In this document: positions 7,577 through 14,085 of the stretch, piece after piece
Position numbering within the stretch: the first letter of the stretch is position 1
Layout of the letters: the number at the start of each line of letters is the position of its first letter
Assembly (NCBI GenBank): GCA_938084645.1
Contig: CALKEP010000085.1
Span: forward strand, 1 to 16,212
Length of the DNA: 16,212 bases
Direction: 5' to 3'
Source: an uncultured Phycisphaerales bacterium
GTDB lineage: Bacteria > Planctomycetota > Phycisphaerae > Phycisphaerales > SM1A02
Notes under the pieces: generated by a model
Databases searched by the model: none
The model's input: only the letters and a program-made list of their open reading frames with translations
What the model was told of the DNA's origin: nothing
Translations under genes and position numbers: made by a program

Positions 7577-7909
7577 ATGCAGCTTCTGTACCGCTCGATC
7601 CGCTGGGTCAACTCGGTCTACCCCGTCGCGGTGTTCTTCACGTACATCACGATCGCCCTCGCGACCTTCGCGGTCTGCTTTCTGATGCCCGTGATCGGGG
7701 TGCTGTCGCTGGTGTTCTCGCTGCTCTCGCTGGTGCCGATCGTGTTCGCCTGGAAGGTCCTTCAGGCCGGCGAGCGATGGCTCGTCCGGAACTCGATCCG
7801 CCAGCACCGTTGCCCGTCCTGCGGCGAGGACCTGCCGGAGCTCGACGGCGTCGACTGTTTCAGTTGCGGGGCGGCGTTCGACTCGGGCGGCGAACGGGTC
7901 GTCACCTGA
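7577..7909 (+). CDS. Small membrane protein with C-terminal zinc ribbon (110 aa)
   Basis: Two hydrophobic helices followed by CPSCG-x(9)-CFSCG. Codon usage matches neighbouring genes. Confidence 0.75.
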   Translation: MQLLYRSIRWVNSVYPVAVFFTYITIALATFAVCFLMPVIGVLSLVFSLLSLVPIVFAWKVLQAGERWLVRNSIRQHRCPSCGEDLPELDGVDCFSCGAAFDSGGERVVT

Positions 7910-7979
7910 ACCCGGCTCGGTCGGGTCCGGGGCGTGCCGCGGTCGCATCGCACGGGATTCCCGTCGTCCCGCTCGAGAG

Positions 7980-8576
7980 TCAGTCCGCGCTGAACGCGTC
8001 CGCGACCGCACGCACTTCGTCGGCGAGGCCTTCGTTTCCGATCGTGAGCAGAACGCCCCCGGCCGGCTCGATCTCGACCAGGACCGGCGCCTGGATGGCC
8101 GCGATCGAGATCCCCTGGGACATCTCCTCGCCGTCGCGGAGGATCACCTCGACCACCGCCCGGAGCAGGTGAAGATCACGCAGTTCACAGACCAGCGGAT
8201 CCCGGGTGTTCATTTCGATCGACGCCTCGGAATCGATCGAGATCCACTGTTCGTTCTCGGTCAGCGCCGGCGTGACGAGGTCGAAGACCGGTCGCCATTT
8301 CGCGATGGGAAGAATGAGCAGCGGCGCAAGGTGGAGCTTGTGCAGGATGTGCTCGAGGACCTCCCCGGCCTTCTCGCGTGGCACCTCGAGCACCTCGGCG
8401 TTCTCGATGTCGAGATCATGGCCTTCACGGCTCGAGAACACCGTGCGGTGGGCTTGTCGCCGTTCGTCGTAGTCGATCTGAAGGAACTCGATGTCGGTGG
8501 GGGACTCGCCCCCAAGCGTCACCACTTCTTCACTGGAGAGTGTCTTCCAGGCGCGGTCGAATTGCAGGAATTCCAA
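7980..8576 (-). CDS. Hypothetical acidic cytoplasmic protein with TTG start (198 aa)
   Basis: TTG at 8576 is preceded by AAGGAGA (SD) at normal spacing. Globular composition. The upstream part of the ORF-track call overlaps the phosphatase gene on the other strand. Confidence 0.75.
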   Translation of the reverse strand: MEFLQFDRAWKTLSSEEVVTLGGESPTDIEFLQIDYDERRQAHRTVFSSREGHDLDIENAEVLEVPREKAGEVLEHILHKLHLAPLLILPIAKWRPVFDLVTPALTENEQWISIDSEASIEMNTRDPLVCELRDLHLLRAVVEVILRDGEEMSQGISIAAIQAPVLVEIEPAGGVLLTIGNEGLADEVRAVADAFSAD

Positions 8577-8633
8577 CGGAGTCTCCTTGGGTACGAGGCC
8601 GGAGCAGTCTATCTGCTGCGACTCCGGTGGCCA

Positions 8634-8672
8634 ATGGTACGGGCACGAAAGATCCGGGGAAGCGGGTAGGAT
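8634..8672. promoter_or_regulatory. Divergent -10 pair: TACCAT (-, 8634-8639) and TAGGAT (+, 8667-8672, 7 nt before ATG 8680)
   Basis: One TAnnnT per strand in a 103-bp divergent intergenic region. Confidence 0.45.
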
Positions 8673-8679
8673 GTCCGGT

Positions 8680-9132
8680 ATGAGGACCGTTCTCTTCATC
8701 TGCACCGGGAACACCTGCCGCTCGCCGCTGGCGGAAGCCATTGCGAGAGAGGTGATCGCCGGGGGTCGGGTGGAGGGCGTCGAGACCGACCTGTTCGTGG
8801 CGTCCGCGGGCGTCCACGCCGAAGATGGGATTCCGACCTCGCCTGAATCGATCGATGCCCTCGAACGGCGGGGAATCGAGTTCCGTGGAACGTCCACCGG
8901 CCTGACCCCGGAGATGATCAAGGGCGCGGATCTGGTGCTTGGAATGACCGGTTCCCACGTCGAGATCGCGAGGGCCATGGCGCCCGATGCGTCCACCCCG
9001 ATCGAACGACTGGACCCCGCGGGCGACATCGACGATCCGTTCGGTCAGTCGCAGGCCGTCTACGACCGCGTCGCCTCCAGGATCGAGGCGGTGATTCCGG
9101 ATCGACTCCGCAGCCTGCTCGCCACGACCTGA
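8680..9132 (+). CDS. Low-molecular-weight phosphatase, YwlE-like protein-arginine phosphatase candidate (150 aa)
   Basis: VLFICTGNTCRSPLAE P-loop, SAGV, ADLVLGMT and the DIDDPFG general-acid loop. An alternative ATG lies at 8671. Confidence 0.88.
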   Translation: MRTVLFICTGNTCRSPLAEAIAREVIAGGRVEGVETDLFVASAGVHAEDGIPTSPESIDALERRGIEFRGTSTGLTPEMIKGADLVLGMTGSHVEIARAMAPDASTPIERLDPAGDIDDPFGQSQAVYDRVASRIEAVIPDRLRSLLATT

Positions 9133-9187
9133 ATCCGAAACGGCCGGCCCGCCCGTCGGCCCGACTCCGCCAGAGAAGGGACACCCC

Positions 9188-9661
9188 ATGAGAATCGGCC
9201 TGGGATGTGATCATCGAGGACGGAAGGCCATCGACGAACTGGTTCCGTACCTCAAGGGCATGGGACACGAGGTCGAGATCCTCGAGCCGGAGTCCTTCGA
9301 GGATCGCGCGTGCGACTACCCCGACAGCGCCTGGCTGGTCGCGAACCGGGTCCGCGACGGCACCGCCGATCGGGGAATCCTGGTCTGTGGCACGGGAATC
9401 GGAATGTGCATCGCCGCGAACAAGGTCGGCGGCGTCCGGGCGGCGTTGGCGATGGACGAGCTCAGTGCCCGTCTGTCCCGGAGCCACAACGACGCCAATG
9501 TCCTGTGCATGAGCGCGGACATGCTCGGGCAGACGCTCTTGAAGCGGATCGTCGACACCTGGATGGAAACGCCCTTCGACGGGGGCCGCCACCAGCGACG
9601 CATCGAGAAGATCGAGGCGATCGAATCGGGGCGGAATCCCGCCGCTTCATCTCCCGATTGA
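9188..9661 (+). CDS. rpiB: Ribose-5-phosphate isomerase B (157 aa)
   Basis: Motifs GCDHRG, DYPD, GILVCGTGIGMCIAANKVGGVRAA, SRSHNDANVLC and FDGGRHQRRIEKI. Confidence 0.95.
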   Translation: MRIGLGCDHRGRKAIDELVPYLKGMGHEVEILEPESFEDRACDYPDSAWLVANRVRDGTADRGILVCGTGIGMCIAANKVGGVRAALAMDELSARLSRSHNDANVLCMSADMLGQTLLKRIVDTWMETPFDGGRHQRRIEKIEAIESGRNPAASSPD

Positions 9662-9700
9662 CCGCTCGGCGGGCGCCACGATCATCGTGATCCCCGATGT

Positions 9701-11176
9701 TCAGCCTCCGGCCATGCCCGACGCGAATCGCTGGAGGAGCCTCACCCCGAACCCGCTCGGGCCGGCGCCCGTGACCGGATCCGAATCCGGACTCGCCATG
9801 CCGGCGATGTCGAGGTGCGCCCACGGCACGTCCTCGTCGACGAAGTACGAGAGGAACGCCGCGCCCTGGATGGGGTGGGCGGATCGCTTGGGATTCGAGT
9901 TGAGGATGTCGGCGAAGGGCGATCGCATGAACTCGCGATGTTCCTCCCAGAGCGGGAGTCGCCAGACCTTCTCGTTCGCGCCCTGGGACGCGCACTCGAC
10001 CGCGCCGCTGATGCGGTCGTCGTTGGCGAAGAGCCCAGCGCTGAAGTGTCCGAGAGCGACGACCACGCCACCGGTCAGCGTCGCGACGTCGATGATCGCG
10101 GTCGGCTTCAACTTGTCGCAGGCGTAGGCGAGGGCGTCACCGAGGACGAGCCGTCCTTCGGCGTCGGTGTTCGTCACTTCCACGGTCACCCCGTTGTACA
10201 TCGTGATGATGTCGTCGGGCCGGTACGCCTCGTCGCTCACCATGTTCTCGGCGGCGGGCAGCAGGGCCGTCACCTTCACGCCGAGCTTCGCCTTGGCGAT
10301 CGCCCGGATCGCCCCGAGCACCGCGGCCCCGCCGCACATGTCGTACTTCATCCCCTTCATGCCCCCGGAGAGCTTGAGGGAGTATCCGCCGGTGTCGTAG
10401 GTGATGGTCTTCCCGACCAGGACCAGGTGCTCGCCCTTCGCCGCCTTCGAGACCTTCGCGGGCGTGTAGTCGAGTCGGACCAGGCACGGGGGGATGTCGC
10501 TCGCCTTGCCGACGTTGTCGATCCCGCCCATCCCGAGTTCCTTGACCTTCTTGTGATCGAGGATGGTGCACTTCAGGCCGGCGTCGCGGGCGACCTTCCG
10601 GGCCTCCTTCGCGATCCAGGTCGGATTGCAGACGTTCGGGGGGGTGGCGGCGACGGTCCGGGCCACATTGATGCTGTCGGCCAGTTCCAGGCCCGCGCTC
10701 ATCGCCTTGCGAAGCGACGTCCGGTCCCAGTCGAGTCGGAGCCTCGGGTGTGATGTCACGGGCTTCGCCGCGGTGCCGTCGAATCCGGCGAGCCGCCAGT
10801 TGGCGAGGCCGATGCCTTCCGCCATCGCGGAGCCGATCGCGGCCAGCGCGTCGAGATCGTCACAGTCGCCGCGGGCCACGCATCGAATGGCGTCGATGCC
10901 GGCGCGGTCCACCTGTTTCAGCACCGCGGCGCCGGCCTTGCGGGCGATGCCCGGGTCGAGGTCCGAACGATCGCCCATGCCCACCACCACGTGATCGTCC
11001 GCGAACACCACTTCACCGACGTCGGCCTTGAATCCAGGCGTCGCGGCCGCGGCCTTGAGGGCCTTGCGGGAGGCCTTCGGCACGTCGGAGGCGGGCTTGG
11101 CGACGAGGTCCTCCCGGAACGCGGCGATGAGCGGGCGGGCGGACTTGACGGTGGCGATCGTGATCTTCTTGAACAT
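9701..11176 (-). CDS. pepA: Leucyl aminopeptidase, M17 family (491 aa)
   Basis: ATG 11176 with an AGGAG SD. Motifs LVGKTITYDTGGYSLK, MKYDMCGG, NTDAEGRLVLGD, DVATLTG and WAHLDIAG. Confidence 0.93.
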   Translation of the reverse strand: MFKKITIATVKSARPLIAAFREDLVAKPASDVPKASRKALKAAAATPGFKADVGEVVFADDHVVVGMGDRSDLDPGIARKAGAAVLKQVDRAGIDAIRCVARGDCDDLDALAAIGSAMAEGIGLANWRLAGFDGTAAKPVTSHPRLRLDWDRTSLRKAMSAGLELADSINVARTVAATPPNVCNPTWIAKEARKVARDAGLKCTILDHKKVKELGMGGIDNVGKASDIPPCLVRLDYTPAKVSKAAKGEHLVLVGKTITYDTGGYSLKLSGGMKGMKYDMCGGAAVLGAIRAIAKAKLGVKVTALLPAAENMVSDEAYRPDDIITMYNGVTVEVTNTDAEGRLVLGDALAYACDKLKPTAIIDVATLTGGVVVALGHFSAGLFANDDRISGAVECASQGANEKVWRLPLWEEHREFMRSPFADILNSNPKRSAHPIQGAAFLSYFVDEDVPWAHLDIAGMASPDSDPVTGAGPSGFGVRLLQRFASGMAGG

Positions 11177-11196
11177 TGAAATCTCCTGATTCGCCC

Positions 11197-11254
11197 AGCC
11201 TACCCGGGTCCTGCGGCCGTGTACCGGAATGGCCGGCCGGGGAGGACCTATCCT
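11197..11254. promoter_or_regulatory. Divergent -10 pair: TAGGCT (-, 11197-11202, pepA) and TATCCT (+, 11249-11254, 6 nt before the mnmG ATG)
   Basis: One TAnnnT on each strand in the 84-bp pepA/mnmG intergenic region. Confidence 0.45.
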
Positions 11255-11260
11255 GTCGAC

Positions 11261-13204
11261 ATGAAGTACTCGGTCATCGTGATCGGCGGTGGGCACGCGG
11301 GCATCGAGGCCGCCTGGGCGGCCGCGAACGCCCTCGGTCCGACGGGCGGCCGCGTGGCCCTCGTGACCATGGATCCGGCGCGACTCGGGACGATGTCCTG
11401 CAATCCCGCGATCGGGGGACTCGCCAAGGGTCAGATCGTGCGGGAGATCGACGCGCTCGGTGGCGTGATGGGGCGGATCGCCGACGCCACCGGGATCATG
11501 TTCAAGATGCTGAACACCAGCCGGGGCGCGGCGGTGCGTGGACCCCGGTGTCAGAACGACAAGGAGGCGTATCGCCTCGAAGCCCAGCGCCTGATCGCCG
11601 AACACCCGTCGATCGACGTGGTCGCGGGAACCGTCGACGACTTCCTGATCACCGAACGCGACGGAACGCGGGTCGTCGAAGGCGTCCGACTTCCCGCGGG
11701 TTCCGGGCCGGTGGCCTGGGGCGATGCCGGATACCCCTCGACCCCGGATCGGCCGAATCCCGAGGCGGTCGAACTTCGTTCCGGCGCGGTGGTGCTCACC
11801 ACGGGGACGTTCATGCGGGCCCTGATGCACGTGGGCGATCAGCGAGCCGAGGGCGGGCGGATCGGCGAGGGCAGCGCCGTCGGGATCGCGGCGACGCTGC
11901 GGGATCTCGGATTCGAACTCGGCCGATTGAAGACGGGGACGCCGCCGCGGCTCTCGAAGGCGACGATCGACTGGGACGACCTGCCCCGGCAGTCCGGCGA
12001 CACGACGCCGGTTCCCTTCAGCGACCTGACCGATCGACGTCGGTTCCCGGTGCTGGAGCAGATCGAGTGCCGAATCACCGACACCACGCCCGCCATCCAC
12101 GAGCTCATCCGCGGGAACCTCCATCTCGCGCCGATGTACTCGGGCGCGATCGACGCGGACGCCGGGCCTCGATACTGCCCGAGCATCGAGGACAAGGTCG
12201 TCCGCTTCTCGGATCGCGACAGCCATCACGTCTTCCTCGAGCCCGAGACCATCGGTGGCGACTCCATCTACTGCAACGGAATCTCGACGTCGTTGCCGGA
12301 GGCGGTGCAGCTCGAGATGGTCCGAGGCATGGCGGGATGCGCTCGTGCGGTCATGCTCAAGCCGGGCTACGCGGTCGAGTACGACATGGTCCGGCCGCAC
12401 CAGATCGATGCGACGGGGGAGACGAAGTCGGTTCGTCGCCTGTTCCTCGCCGGCCAGATCAACGGCACCAGTGGTTACGAGGAGGCGGCGGGCCAGGGGC
12501 TCGTGGCGGGTCTCAACGCCGCCCGGGCGACGCTCGGGGCGGAGCCGGTTCGACTCGGGCGCGAACAGGCGTACATCGGGGTGATGATGGACGACCTCGT
12601 GACGCGGATCCCGCGCGAGCCGTATCGGATGTTCACGAGTCGCGCGGAACATCGCCTTCGACTTCGATACGACAATCCCGACGAAAGACTCACGCCGCTC
12701 GGTCGCGAACTCGGACTGGTCGACGACGATCGGTGGTCGCGGTGGCAGTCCCGATCCGGGGCGCTCGACTCGATCCGCGCGGCGTTCGAATCGACCCGCG
12801 TCGACGGACGGACGCTGGAGGAGCTCGCGCGACGACCGGAGGCCACGGCCGACGGCCTCGCCGCCCACCTGCCCCTCGACACCGCCGACCGCAGGGACCT
12901 CGTGGACCGGGTGCTCAACGACTGCCGCTACGCCTCCTTCGTCGATCGGGCCGACCGCGAGATTCGTCGACAGCGGGACGCCGAGCACGCGGCGATTCCG
13001 TCCGAACTCGACTTCGCGTCCATCGAGGGCCTCCGCCGGGAGGCGGCGGAGGTGCTCGGGACCTTCCGCCCCCGCACGCTCGGGCAGGCCGGCCGCCTCG
13101 CCGGCGTCAATCCCGCCGACGTCACCCTGCTCCAGGTCGCGATGCGACGACATCGGGCCGATCCGGAGGTTGGTCCGGGGGTGGATTCGGTCGCGTCGTC
13201 GTGA
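11261..13204 (+). CDS. mnmG: tRNA uridine-5-carboxymethylaminomethyl(34) synthesis enzyme MnmG/GidA (647 aa)
   Basis: Motifs VIVIGGGHAG, MSCNPAIGGLAKG, RLKTGTPPR, GPRYCPSIEDK, AGQINGTSGYEEAAGQG and EPYRMFTSRAEHRL. Confidence 0.97.
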   Translation: MKYSVIVIGGGHAGIEAAWAAANALGPTGGRVALVTMDPARLGTMSCNPAIGGLAKGQIVREIDALGGVMGRIADATGIMFKMLNTSRGAAVRGPRCQNDKEAYRLEAQRLIAEHPSIDVVAGTVDDFLITERDGTRVVEGVRLPAGSGPVAWGDAGYPSTPDRPNPEAVELRSGAVVLTTGTFMRALMHVGDQRAEGGRIGEGSAVGIAATLRDLGFELGRLKTGTPPRLSKATIDWDDLPRQSGDTTPVPFSDLTDRRRFPVLEQIECRITDTTPAIHELIRGNLHLAPMYSGAIDADAGPRYCPSIEDKVVRFSDRDSHHVFLEPETIGGDSIYCNGISTSLPEAVQLEMVRGMAGCARAVMLKPGYAVEYDMVRPHQIDATGETKSVRRLFLAGQINGTSGYEEAAGQGLVAGLNAARATLGAEPVRLGREQAYIGVMMDDLVTRIPREPYRMFTSRAEHRLRLRYDNPDERLTPLGRELGLVDDDRWSRWQSRSGALDSIRAAFESTRVDGRTLEELARRPEATADGLAAHLPLDTADRRDLVDRVLNDCRYASFVDRADREIRRQRDAEHAAIPSELDFASIEGLRREAAEVLGTFRPRTLGQAGRLAGVNPADVTLLQVAMRRHRADPEVGPGVDSVASS

Positions 13205-13289
13205 ATCGCCGCGGGTTGCCTGCTCGAACCCGATGAGGTGCCGGTTTCCGCCGGCGGAGGCTCGTGGATCCAGAGTTTCGGAGGCGTGG

Positions 13290-13784
13290 ATGTCCAACCA
13301 GAAGCAACCCGATCGTGCGAGGCTTCTCCGTCACCTCGGGCTGTCCGGGTTCGTGCTCCTGCTGCTGCTCTCACCGCTGGTGTTCGAACTGATCGCGCAG
13401 GGACACAACGCCCCGCTGCACGCGGAACTCGAAGGCCTGACGCAGGCGAGTCTCGAGCAGTGCGAACTCGACGACGCCGTGATGGCGGACCTGGCCAGGA
13501 CGCTCGATCCCCGGATCTTCGATGTCGATCAGTCGGAACCGCCGCGGCTCTGGATCGATCTCGGGGACGGCGAGGCCGCGTTCGACGAAGCGGTGTTCCA
13601 GGAGACGATCGATCGATTCCATCCCGATCTCCCCGAGGCTGAACTCGATGCGACGCGGATGCGGGTGAAGGCCCACGTCGCGGCGACCAATGAGAAGCAG
13701 CGGATCCGGGAAGCGTTCTCGTCGGTCCGATCGAGGATGCGTCCGGTGTGGTGGGGGCGTCCGATCCCGAAGGACTGGCGCTGA
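13290..13784 (+). CDS. Hypothetical single-pass membrane protein (164 aa)
   Basis: GGAGG at 13280-13284 before ATG 13290. One N-terminal hydrophobic helix (LSGFVLLLLLSPLVF) followed by an acidic helical domain. Confidence 0.7.
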   Translation: MSNQKQPDRARLLRHLGLSGFVLLLLLSPLVFELIAQGHNAPLHAELEGLTQASLEQCELDDAVMADLARTLDPRIFDVDQSEPPRLWIDLGDGEAAFDEAVFQETIDRFHPDLPEAELDATRMRVKAHVAATNEKQRIREAFSSVRSRMRPVWWGRPIPKDWR

Positions 13785-13826
13785 CCGAGGATCGGGCCAC
13801 GCCGTGGAACCGATGATCGGTGCCGG

Positions 13827-13858
13827 GCCATGCGATGCCATGCGATGCCATGCGATGC
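13827..13858. repeat. Tandem repeat (GCCATGCGAT)x3 plus partial copy
   Basis: Three perfect 10-bp copies at 13827-13856, followed by GC. Confidence 0.9.
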
Positions 13859-13883
13859 AAGGTGACGCGATCGGCTTCGCGAA

Positions 13884-13956
13884 AGCCACCTGCCGGGATC
13901 GAACCGGCGACCTGCTGATTACAAATCAGCTGCTCTACCAGCTGAGCTAAGGTGGC
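13884..13956 (-). tRNA. tRNA-Thr(TGT), CCA not encoded
   Basis: Minus strand reads GCCACCTTAGCTCAGCTGGTAGAGCAGCTGATTTGTAATCAGCAGGTCGCCGGTTCGATCCCGGCAGGTGGCT. Acceptor stem GCCACCT/AGGTGGC; anticodon arm GCTGA-TT TGT AA-TCAGC; T-loop TTCGATC. Confidence 0.97.
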
Positions 13957-13965
13957 GGGGTCCGC

Positions 13966-13971
13966 ATCATA
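13966..13971 (-). promoter_or_regulatory. -10 (TATGAT) for tRNA-Thr
   Basis: 5/6 match to TATAAT, 9 nt upstream of the mature tRNA 5' end. Confidence 0.55.
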
Positions 13972-14085
13972 GCGGCCGGCGCGGCGAGCCTTCCCGGTGC
14001 GTCGCATCCGGAACCGCGAGATCGTGCCCGCGTAGACTGATCGAGGCAACTCGATGTCCGAACCCGCTGCCGACTGGAGCCAGAA

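Noticed and set aside
7910..7979. Loose 5-nt periodicity (TCGCA-TCGCA) between convergent genes
   Set aside because: Too short and degenerate to distinguish from background.
9701..13297. 1198-aa minus-strand ORF suggesting a giant PepA fusion
   Set aside because: The first ~707 codons are an Arg/Pro-rich antisense shadow of mnmG. The real pepA starts at ATG 11176 with its own SD and -10.
13827..13858. CRISPR-like array
   Set aside because: The 10-bp units are contiguous with no spacers, and there are no cas genes.
13785..13956. Genomic island or prophage integrated at tRNA-Thr
   Set aside because: No integrase, no duplicated tRNA 3' end and no evident compositional shift in the window.
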